DNA from: Chrysemys picta bellii
Lineage: Eukaryota
Length of the DNA stretch: 64,000 bases
Assembly: GCF_011386835.1 (NCBI RefSeq)
Contig: NC_088802.1
Span: 54,126,001-54,190,000 of the forward strand
Direction of reading: 5' to 3'
Part shown: piece by piece, positions 1-10,572 of the stretch
Layout of the letters: every line of letters begins with the position of its first letter
How positions within the stretch are numbered: the stretch's first letter is position 1
The notes under the pieces: model-generated
Seen by the model: the letters and a program-made list of their open reading frames with translations, nothing else
What the model was told of the DNA's origin: nothing
The model's database searches: none
Translations under genes and position numbers: made by a program

Positions 1-797
1 AGGAAAAGCATAAGTCAGCCAAAATAATGAAGATTCCCCATTCTTCCTCAGGAGAAAAAAGTTCTTAGTGCTCCTCACTGACCATTCTGTTCCTCATTAA
101 GGGTTCCATCCAACACACCTATAAGCTCCTGAATTGGCCACTTGACACCAGGCAACTTATAGGATCAGCTACAGTACAGTGCAAATCTAGATATGCGATA
201 ACAGACTATACAAGAGGTAAAAATACATGCATGTGCATCTGAAGGCAGGACCGAAATTTCTAGTTTATAAATGGATATTTTTAAGCAAGACTAATGGGTA
301 CAAAGCTAACCTCTGCGCAAATGCAAAACCACAATATTGAGCAGGACAGAAAACACATCAAAGCATTCAGAGTGCTAGTGCAATAGCCAAGATTTAACAT
401 TTGCAGTATGCCCTAATATAGCTATTGTGTAACGTGCATTTGTGGACCGAACTTTACTATAGAAACTTCAGCTCATCCTCTAGGTTAGCAGAGTCTAGGA
501 GTGTTGTGGAAGGAGCATGCTCAGTTCTAGGAAAGAGGAAGAACCCCACCTCACTACTTAAATTTGCCAAACAGTCGCGCTGACAGATTGAAGAGAATCT
601 TCCAACTTCTGATGGAGGATTTAGTGTAGTTGGAGTCAACGGCATTGTCTATGTGAAAGGATCGTCCAACAGGGTGGAACAGCAAAAATCCTTTGGACTG
701 GATCTAGCTCACCTAGACAACTGAAAACAAATCTACTGGCCAAACAGTAGATTTGAACTGCCACTAACAAAATCAAGTGATTTCTCTTCATCTACAG

Positions 798-926
798 CAG
801 TGGTTTTCAACCCGTGGTCCGCGTACCCCTGGGTGTCAGCAGACTGTCTAGAATTTCTAAAGGGGGTCACACCTCCATTTGAAAATTTTTAGGGGTCTGC
901 AAATGAAAAAATGTTGAAAACCACTG
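798..926. mobile_element. Non-autonomous hAT MITE (129 bp)
   Basis: 14-bp TIR CAGTGGTTTTCAAC / GTTGAAAACCACTG; 8-bp TSD ATCTACAG / ATCTAGAG (7/8 match). Confidence 0.85.
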
Positions 927-1118
927 ATCTAGAGGAACCACCACCTTGATTTTTAAAACAGTATATAAACTGCTGTCAAGTGACCCAAGTAAACGAACTG
1001 GGAGGGGAGTGGCGGGGGGGAGAAGGGGGCGCGGGAGAAGGACGGGAAGGGAGAAAAATATCCTGCCAAACTTACTTTTCAGTTTTACTAATCTTTGATG
1101 TTATAATACTAACTAGTA

Positions 1119-1450
1119 CAGCGGTTCTCAATCTGGGGCCGCCGCTTGTGTAGGGAAAGCCCCTGGCGCACCGGGCGGGTTTGTTTACCTGCCCCGTCCG
1201 CAAGTCCGGCCGTTCGCTGCTCCCACTGGTCGCCGTTCACTGCTCCAGGCCAATGGGAGCTGCTAGAAGCGGCGCAGGCCGAGGGACGTATTGGCCACAG
1301 ATTCCAGCAGCTCCCATTGGCCTGCAGCGGCGAACCACAGCCAGTGGGATCCACGATCAGCCAAACCCGCGGACGGGGCAGGTAAACAAACTGGCCTGCC
1401 CGCCTGGGGCTTTCCCTACACAAGCAGCGGCCCCAGATTGAGAACCACTG
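1119..1450. mobile_element. hAT (Charlie-like) MITE, 332 bp, internally quasi-palindromic
   Basis: TIR CAGCGGTTCTCAAT / ATTGAGAACCACTG with long sub-terminal inverted arms; TSD AACTAGTA / TACTAGTA; same-length related copy at 40134-40465. Confidence 0.9.
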
Positions 1451-3159
1451 TACTAGTAGGTATAGTCAAATAGATAAGATTTTCAAATTGACAACATCCC
1501 TTTAAGTAAATCAAGCTCTGTATGATGATTGGAAGACAGAAGGTAGTTGTGTCTTCAAACTGAAGGCAGGGGAGAAGAAATCAGAATTCACTTAAATACT
1601 TTGAGTGCATGCACTCAGAGGAAAAGCACTCTCCTCCCCTCCATTCTTACCAAGTTTAGAGTTACAACTCCCCTCTGCCCCAAATTCAGCAGCCTGGAAC
1701 TGTTCTGAAATTCCATCAAGCAGAGGTTGCCTTGTTTTCTTGCTGATTTGTCAGTTACAAAGCAGAGATGTTACATATGGTCAGCACCCTCAAAGCGATA
1801 TAAATTAGAAGTATGTCCATGCACCATAAGCAGAAGATTCAATTTCACAACTTGGCATGGGAAGTCTTTAGAGAGATACTGGAATAACATTAATCTAATT
1901 TCATGGCATGCTTGATTCAGTGATCTAAAAATCTTGGTGAGACCAGAAGAAAGGGCAGAAAGGCCTGAAAATTAGCCTCTTGCTTAAACTGCATGCATCA
2001 GTGACATAAATTGTGACGTTTAGTTCATATGGGCAGAGGTATTTTTAATTCTACTGCCAAAGCTGAAAAGACCTGAAGTTGCCATTTCACACAAACACCT
2101 GCATTGCAATATTAGATTCAACAGTTTGATTTCACTGCTGGAATGGCAGGTAGAGAATCCACTCAAGGCTCATGCCTACGCTGTTTGTTTGCAGACAATT
2201 CTTAGAATCATAGCAGTTAGCGATAGCAAAGTTTTATTATGTCATCTACTCTCTGCCTCTGCATGTATACTACAAGATTATTCCCATCTATGTTTTTACT
2301 GCTTTGCCCAGTCTAATGTTAAGTGTTAATATGACAAGCAAAGGTGCTTCAGCCACTCAATGATTCCCCCCCCCCCGATATTTTTAATTTCATTGTTCCT
2401 AGTTCAAACCCTTGCTACACACTAAATTCTTCCTCCTCCCTCCACAAAGTTTGGTTTGCCCATAGCTGCCTGACACCCCTAGAGAGATGTTCCTGTTGGA
2501 TAAGTAAGTCAATGTCAAATGGAAAGCAGATGTTTTGTGTACTGCTGTTATACCCAAGAACCAAAGGGCAACCTCATCCCAGGAAGTCTTACTTCCAGAG
2601 AAAGGATAATCAAAGAAGCCATGGGCTTTCATGATGAACAGCTTGATTGTAGGGAAAAAGTTCAACAAAGTCATGGTCTGTCACACCAGCCACCTTTAAT
2701 TTTAAACTGATGGACAAGTCTTGCTGCTTAAATAGTTTAGAACTATGACAATAAAGAGTATTTTGCTTAAAATAACGAAGCACACAACTTTTTGTATGGC
2801 CAAAATACAGTACCAAGGCTAACAGCTTATACGAATTGAAATATGTACCACGCCTCTTTTTTTGCCTTGACAAACAGCCGGGCTTAAAAATAAGTGGTCT
2901 ACACACACAAAAAACCCCGCAACATTGAACACATTTAGAAAACCATCTCATTACCGTCCCAAACATGAAGGAGTCTCCTTCCTTTGCACACCTTTCCCTG
3001 TCCATTTGCAGTAGAAAGTTACTGCAATTCAGACATACGTACACTAACGTCTACAATGCTTTAGGCAGCCCTGGACACTAGTAGCACAGTTTGGGAATAA
3101 GCAGTGGAAATAAGTCTCAAAGCTAGAAAGATGGAACTTTGCCCTTGCATAGCACCTTC

Positions 3160-3410
3160 CTTGTGCGGATCTCAAAGTGCTGTGAAAGCAGCTAATTGAG
3201 GATGTGATCCAATACCCACTGAAATCAATGGAAGCCTTTGTATTCACCTCAATATTCACACTACCCCTGTGAGTTAGGCAACTATTAACAATGTTTTCCT
3301 GATGGAGAAAACTGAGGAACAGAAAGGTTAAGAGGTTACCCAATGTCACCCAGCAAACACATGGCAGAGGTAGGAGGAGAATCCAGCAAGCTCAAGTCCA
3401 AGTCCCATAT
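3160..3410 (-). mobile_element. MIR/CORE-SINE remnant
   Basis: Degenerate CORE motif gatggagaaaactgaggaacagaaaggttaag...gtcaccc (reverse orientation). Confidence 0.55.
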
Positions 3411-3990
3411 GAACCACCAAACTTTCTCAAAAAACTGAAATACTTGGCATCAATATAGGGCTTTGCAAACATTAAATGAGCACTACTGCTTACTCAGAGC
3501 ACTGTGTACCACAACACTTACCAGGCTAATAGAACCATTAGCGTAGGGAAGAGTGCTCATTAGTTCTATCACTTTTCAATCATTTGTTACTAACATTTAA
3601 AAAAAAAAAAGAAGGCTGAATTCGTAAGTAATGTGAACAGCTAGACAAAGCAACCACATGTTCTTGTTACTGAATCCTTCCATTTCTTGTCTTCCCGATT
3701 GTGTTACATCTAATTTCAGACTGTAAACTCTCTGGGGGCAGAAAATGTCTCTTTTCTAGCTGTAAAGTGCTTAGCATACTTTGAAAATATATTTTTGCAC
3801 AGCATCCAATTTAATAAAGTAAATTATAAAACACAAAACCATTTAAATGAAAAATAGTCAACTGCAATGGAAAACATGCTGATTTCCAAATTGTGTTAAC
3901 AGAATTCAATACTTGAAGCGCAATTTTGTGCCAAGCCTCAGAATTTTATATACAAAATATGTAATGAAAAAAACTACTAAGTTTAACTTA

Positions 3991-4212
<222 letters not shown>

Positions 4213-5219
4213 TTAGCAGCCCATTCACAATGTATATTACCTCATTTTGTAGTCAACCCCATGAATCCGTGACTGAACAAACAGCAAAAACCATACACTA
4301 TAACTACTTATTGGATTCCTCAAGAACTCCCCAACAACTGCTTATGACTTTTCATATTTTTCCTCAACTGCTCACCACAGAGTACTGGGAAATACATCTC
4401 CCTCTCTATGTAACCAGCTGGAAGTTTTCAAGGTAGTCCAGGGGATTTGGACTCATCTTCCATTAAAATGAGAGAAAAATATGTTTAAATTCTCTAGACT
4501 GCTTTGAAAGTCTTAGCCATACATATAAGACACTTCTCTAATACTCAGACATTTCTAAAAAATAAGCCTGGTGTTTCTGAATGACACCTGACTAGAAGGA
4601 AAGCAGCAGGGAAAAGGATGGGGGTGACTAAGTTTTCAGAAGCTACCCAATTAAATTCATCTTGCTTATATAGATCCTGCAGTTAGACACCCACGACGAC
4701 TTGCTTTATTCTCTCAACTCTGACAGCATGAGAGGTTAAATAAGGTTCCTGGTCAACATTTCTTTAAACACTGAATGAAAGCATCCAAGTGAGGCTTTGA
4801 AAAACACAACATTAAAGGCCAGTCCTGTTAGTCCCTCACTGTTTGGGATGGTTTTGCCATCCTCTTATGACATCATTGTTGCTTCATGATATTATGAAGA
4901 CAAAACATAACAGCAACCAAGAGGTATTTAACATTTTAAGATGTTGCCATCTCTTTATAAATTGGCAAAACCTTAATACTAGTGGCACATAACCCTTTCC
5001 CGTCATTTATACAATGATGATAGCACCCAGCAGGTAGTCCGAATCAGAGCCCCAACATGCTAGGTGTTGTACAGTATCTAGACAAAGCTATTCTAGCTTC
5101 TGGAAAACAATACACACCACATGATGGGCTTAAACAAAACACTTGTATTGGAATTTGTCTACAAGGACAGAATCAATACAAAAGCCAGGTTGTTATTTGG
5201 GCAGTGCCTTCTGGATAAC

Positions 5220-6180
5220 AAAATAATAGTGCCGCTTTATTTGTATTTTTGTGGCACGCAGGAGCCCCCACTAATGGAGCGGGAAGCCATTGTGCTACAT
5301 GCTGTGCAAACAGAACAGAGATAGAACGTAAACTCTTTGGGGCAGGGATTACGTATAAGACAAGAGATGGATACAGATGAACTGATGGGGGTGTAAAAGG
5401 AAGCCACGGGAAAACACTGATCAGTATGATATGATGTGGTTTCAGCACACCAGCAGCCTAACTCTTGTTAAGTTTTTTGTAGCACTGTGGCAAAGGAAAG
5501 TTGTGAGGAGGGATCTGGAGGAGGATAATGAGGTTGCTTTATGGATGTTTATGGGGAACGCCTCCCAAATATGAGGCAGCATGGGAGAAAGGTGCTAACA
5601 CATGGGTGATACAGGCTGGCATGAGAGCCAATTGGAGGTGGGAGTCAATGTTGTTATACTGAGAGAGGATAGGTAGAGTGGGACTGTGTAGTGAAGGGCC
5701 TTGAAAGTAAAGACAAGCAGCTTCTTTGATATGATCAAGAAGAGGGAGCCAGTTGAGGGATAAGAGAAGAAATACATGATCACGGTGATAGGCTAGGAAA
5801 GTGATCTTCGCAGCACCATTCTGAAATGATACGAGCAGGGGGCAGATTGCATTTGTCAAGGCCAGAGGAAAGGATGTTGCAGTCATTGAGATGCGAGAGA
5901 GGCTGAGAGCCTGGGCAAGATTTTTAGCTGTTTAGATGGATGCAAAAGACCGTACCTTAGAGATGTTACATGGAAGGAATCTGCAAGATTTAGACAGTCT
6001 GGATGTGAGGACCTAGAGAGAGGCCTGGGGCGAGGATCACAACCAGGTTATAGGCAGGATGGTTTTTTGTTATCCATAGTGAGCACGCAAGCAAAGACAT
6101 AGTGGAAAGGGAATGATTAAGAGCTGTTTCAGCCATGTTGAGCTGATCACTAGACATTCGCTAGCTGTCAGATAGAGGCT
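5220..6180 (-). mobile_element. Degraded L2-type LINE, ORF2 C-terminal region and 3' end
   Basis: Frameshifted remnants QNGAAKITF..DHV..L(N)WLP and KLLVFTFKALHYTVPLYLS resemble the L2 RT C-terminus; boundaries approximate. Confidence 0.65.
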
Positions 6181-6243
6181 GTGTAATGGTACCCTGTCCC
6201 CAGGCCCTGCTGTGAACTCCCCCACCCTTATGCTGCTCACCTA

Positions 6244-6514
6244 GGTTATGTCTACATTGCAATCAGTCACCTGTGGCTGGCCTGTGTTAGCTGATTCAGG
6301 CTCCTAGGGCTAAAGGGCTGTTTAATTGCTGTGTAGACATTTAGCTCTGGGCTGGACCAAGTGAGGTGGGAGGGTCCCAGAGCTCAGGATGCAGGCTGAG
6401 CCCTAGCACCTACACAGCAATTAAACAGCTCCTTCATCTGAGCCAAGAAACCTGAGTCAGCTAGCACAGGCCTGCTGCAGGCTTGCTGTATCTGACAGCA
6501 ATGTAGACATACCC
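6244..6514. mobile_element. Turtle-type palindromic MITE (probably PIF/Harbinger)
   Basis: 17-bp TIR GGTTATGTCTACATTGC / GCAATGTAGACATACCC; internal inverted arms. Confidence 0.7.
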
Positions 6515-6679
6515 TCGGCAGGCAGTGTAAGGGGAGGGGTGGGGGGAGTTCACAGCAGGGATTAGGGGCAGTGTAAGTGGGGGACCAAGGCCAAGTGAGG
6601 GTACAGGAACCAACAGCAGTGTAAGGGCGCAGTCTCTCAATGTGCCCCCTCCCCATTGTTGTGATGTTATCAGCTCTCT

Positions 6680-7225
6680 CCTGCCCCCCTCGCACTGCTC
6701 AGGAACCCCTCCCCTTGGAGTCTCCCCCCATCCCCTCCCTCATGCAGTCCTGCCCCCCTCATGCTGCTCAGGGAGCCCCCCATTAGAAGCTTCCCAAAGC
6801 ACCTCCCCCATACAGTCCTGCCCCCCTTCGCGCTGCTCAAGGGCCCCCCCTTGGAGTCTCCCTCCCAGCCTCTCCCCCATGCAGTCCTCCCCCCTCTCGC
6901 TGCCCAAGGGCCCCCCCTTGGAACCTTCCCCTTACCCCTCCCCATGCAGTCCTGCCCCCCCTTCGCGCTGCCCAAGGGCCCCCCCTTGGAGTCTCCCTCC
7001 CAGCCTCTCCCCCATGCAGTCCCCCCCCCCTCGCGCTGCCCCAGCCCTCCCTTGGAACCTTCCCCCAGCCCCTCCCCCATACAGTCCCCCCCCCCTCGCG
7101 CTGCCCAAGGGCCCCCCCCTTGGAACCTTCCCCTTACCCCTCCCCATGCAGTCCTCCCCCCCCGCGCTGCCCCAGCCCCCCCTTGGAACCTTCCCCCAGC
7201 CCCTCCCCCATGCAGTCCTGCCCCC
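6680..7225. repeat. C-rich minisatellite, ~8 copies of a ~65-70 bp unit, in FAM104A intron 1
   Basis: Recurrent unit CCTGCCCCCC..TCGCGCTGCCCAAGGGCCCCCCCTTGGA..CCCCCATGCAGT; explains the Pro/Gly-rich ORFs here. Confidence 0.9.
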
Positions 7226-7229
7226 CCGC

Positions 7230-7960
7230 TACCTCAGCCCGAGGCCGCCCGCCCCCTCGCTCACCTCTGTCGCGCTCCCCGCTCGCTCGGCAGCGGCTGC
7301 CGGCAGCTCATGGCGGGGCTCCGGGGGGCTGGGATCAGAGGCGGGGGGTGTCTCCGGCCGAAGCCCAGACCACGGCCCCGTTGCCAAGACTAAGCCCCCG
7401 GCCCTCCTCAGCTCTCACAGCCGCTTCCGGCGTCTCCGCCTCCTACGCAGGCGCACTGGCCATACTCAACCCCCTCTCCCCCGCCCAGCTTTCCTCTGCG
7501 CAGGCGCACTGCCCACAGCCGGCTCTCTTGAGTCCTCCCCGCAGGCGCACTGTCCCATCCTCTTGGCACTGCCCCGCCTGCGCAGGCGCGACCACCAGCG
7601 CTCTCCCGTCCTGCGTAGACGCACTGACCACGCCCCCAACGCCCTACGCAGCATTTCCGTATCGCGCGTGCGCATTGTCTACGTGCTGCTTTTATGCGCA
7701 TGTCTAAAGGCCAGATTACCGATCTGGTGCTTATGCGTATTCACCACAGCCGGTGCCTGAGACTTCTGCGCATGCGCCTCCCCTCCGCCTAGACGGGTAG
7801 GTGACCACTGTCTTGCCTGTCCGGAAATGTTATTTTTATTGAATCGGAGATGAGAATTCCGGACAGGAACGTGACTCCGCCCAGGGACTCAGCCAGGCTG
7901 GTCCAGTAGCACAGCCTCAGACAATGGCATTTAATATCAGGAAGGACTGACGTCACCCCG
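7230..7960. promoter_or_regulatory. Bidirectional CpG-island promoter for FAM104A (-) and C17orf80 (+)
   Basis: CpG-dense; multiple NRF1-like motifs (perfect TGCGCATGCGC at 7767-7777); ETS CCGGAAGC (-) 7423-7430; CRE TGACGTCA 7948-7955; candidate C17orf80 exon-1 donor CGG|GTAGGT at 7796/7797. Confidence 0.8.
7265..7311 (-). CDS. FAM104A: FAM104A/VCF1 coding exon 1 (MSCRQPLPSERGARQ(R))
   Basis: GCCATGA start at 7311 with upstream in-frame stops; 47 nt ending AG|GTGAGC (phase 2), which joins exon 2 in frame; inside the CpG island. Confidence 0.8.
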
Positions 7961-8067
7961 CGGGGGGGGAGGGGAGGTGCCCTAGTGGTTGGGCGGAAGG
8001 GCTCAGCGCAGCAGCGGAATGGGGGGGGAGGTTAATGGCTGGGAGGCCCCCGCAGGGCCTGCGCTGG

Positions 8068-8757
8068 GTCCCCTTTCAACAACAGCTTTATTGACACCCG
8101 CAGTGCAAACAGCCCCCCGGGGCCCTTTCAACAACAGCTTTATTGACACCCTCCAGCAAACAGCCCCCCATGGGCCCCCTCCAACAACAGCTTTATTGAC
8201 ACCCTCGGGCCAACAGCCCCCCATGGGCCCCTTTCAACAACAGCTTTATCGACACCCTCAGGCAAACAGCCCCCCATGGGTCCCCTTTCAACAACAGCTT
8301 TATTGACACCCTCCAGCAAACAGCCCCCCATGGGCCCCCTCCAACAACAGCTTTATTGACACCCTCAGGCAAACAGCCCCCCCATTGGCCCCTTTCAACA
8401 ACAGCTTTATTGACACCCTCAGGCAAGCAGCCCCTCATGGGTCCCCTCCAACAACAGCTTTATCGACACCCTCAGGCAAACAGCCCCCCATGGGTCCCCT
8501 TTCAACAACAGCTTTATTGACACCCTCGGGCAAACAGCCCCCCCATGGGCCCCTTTCAACAACAGCTTTATTGACACCCTCAGGCAAGCAGCCCCTCATG
8601 GGTCCCCTCCAACAACAGCTTTATTGACACCCTCCAGCAAACGGCCCCCCCATGGGCCCCCTCCAACAACAGCTTTATCGACACCCTCGGGCAAACAGAC
8701 CCCCCCCCCCTTCTGTGGATCAGGGTCTCCCTTCAACAACAGCTTTATTAACACCCC
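8068..8757. repeat. Minisatellite, 13 copies of a ~53-54 bp unit, in C17orf80 intron 1
   Basis: Unit CCCTTTCAACAACAGCTTTATTGACACCCTC(AGG/CAG)CAAACAGCCCCCCATGGG; 13 counted occurrences of CAACAACAGCTTTAT. Confidence 0.95.
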
Positions 8758-9027
8758 TAAGGGTCACCTGTCTCCAATGGCTTTATTCTGTTTCTTTTAG
8801 AGGCTCCTACTGGTGCCCATCACCCTCGCCTCTGAGCATCTCCCATGTGAGATTTGAGACTGGCAAATGAGATAACAGCAAGGGACTGCAGGGGTAGATA
8901 TTGTCACTACTCTCCCCTGGGGAGGAACTCAAATCATCAGGATACTATCCTGCCTCCCCTTCTTGTCCTATTTTTTCACATTGAAAAGCTGGTCACTATC
9001 AGAAGGCCTAGGTTCAGCAGCGGCTTT

Positions 9028-9345
9028 CAGAGTTACCCAACTCACGATTGTATCACACATCGTGGTATTTTGTTGTTTTGCTTAAACCTCCAGCTCCTGA
9101 AATCATGATACTCTCAGCTTTCATTTATAAATAAAAATATGTTTCTAGCTCTCACTGTTGCAGAGAAAAGCTGGAATCCCCCCTCCCCCCGCTCAAAACC
9201 CAGAAGGCGAATTTAAAAAAATCAACCACCCCAACCCCTAAAATGTATTCTTTTTAAAAATCTCATGATTTTTAGGCCAATCTCATAACGTGCGTGGGGG
9301 GGGGGCTTTGGAGGGCATCAAAATTTTTGAGCTCTTGTGGTTTCA
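9028..9345 (+). mobile_element. hAT-like non-autonomous element (CAGGGTTGCCAAC-type end), degraded
   Basis: Homologous in reverse to 48837-49125 and partly to 17868-17962 (shared ccagctcctggagtcatg and aaatctcatgatttt blocks). Confidence 0.5.
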
Positions 9346-10572
9346 TTTGTAACACTGATGCAACACAGTCAGAACTAGACCCTTGTTTCTGTCATGTCAC
9401 GTGACAGGGTCAAGCAAGCTTCAACAAGAGCTTTATTAACACCACCACCTAAGACTGAGCAGAGCACCTCTCAGAGCCGGGGGAAGAGGCTGGAGCAGCC
9501 AGCCACCACTATAGAAGGGCTCGTGTTTCCCCTAGGAAATGCTGTTGCTTGCTGTAACCGAAAGGCTCCTGGAGCACAGGGCTGGAAGTAAAGCTGCCCC
9601 CATATGCCACATCCCCCTGTGTCCCCAGTGAGCAGGTAGGAATGGGAGCAGCTGGTCCTGCTGCAGGAGGAGCTGGGATATTATTGGGGCAGGGAGCTGC
9701 TTTTGCAGGCATGTAAGGGGAGGGAGAGAGCTCAGGCAGGAAATTGGGTACTGCTCTCAGAGCAACTTTCACCGTGACAGAAGGCTGGAGAAGGGAGGTG
9801 TTCTTTTTATTTTCACGTCTGGCTCACAGACAGATCAGGCAGCACTTTGAGCCCTGCTTTCTTCTCCCCACTGCGCCCGGTGCGTTTATCCTTGCAGGAC
9901 GCTTAGCAGTCCGGCAAACATTGCTGCTTTTTTACTTTGAGGTTTTGTGCCTCTTAACTGCTCAAGGAGGGGGAAGGGAAAACAACACCTCAGCAGGAGC
10001 CTTCGGGCATTGCAAAACAAAATCTCCTTCCACCAGGGTTGAGGTTGGTTGTGTTTTTTTTTTTTTAGAAGGTGCAGAAATGGCAGCATGAATGAGTTAT
10101 CCTGCTCAGGGACCCCGACCATCAAAAGTGCAAAGCTCACCCATAGCTGAGGCAAGGATCAATCATTCAAGGTTTAGTGCAGGATGTAGGCAAGTGCCGT
10201 GCCTAAGTAAGGACATGTTTTATGCATGTGACCCTGGCAAGTTGCATTCCTGTATGAGTCTTGCAATTTTGGCCAGTCTAGGGCTTTCTCTACCTTTGTA
10301 CCTCAATCTCACTCAGCCACTGTCTTATTTTTACTTGGGAGTGTTTTTTTCCCCTTAACTGTGTGTCCTTTCCTTTCTATTTACCTTGTCATACCAGACA
10401 ACAGGATAAAATGTAACTTCCTCGTGCTAACTAGACCCTGCTACTGGCCTCATTTCCTCTCCTGCCTACCTTTCCTGAACAGCATCTCACTATAATTCCT
10501 ATCACAGAATTTCTTCTTGCTATGACACATGCTAGTAGATAATGCTTTTTATTTTCCTTTCCAGACAGAAAG

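Noticed and set aside
2631-2710. ATGATGA...CTGA as a C/D box snoRNA
   Set aside because: No terminal stem, and it lies antisense to the host FAM104A intron
6642-7760. 372-aa and other Pro/Gly-rich ORFs
   Set aside because: Stop-poor minisatellite and CpG-island DNA; only the 47-nt - strand FAM104A exon is supported
8068-8757. Repeat arrays as CRISPR (also 61306-62371)
   Set aside because: Units are contiguous near-identical tandem copies with no unique spacers; eukaryotic context, no cas genes
7799-8769. AGGTGACC / GGTCACCT and an 11-bp inverted repeat (7816-7826/7857-7867) as a transposon enclosing the VNTR
   Set aside because: Only 8 bp match and no TSD; could be chance or an unresolvable Blackjack-like relic
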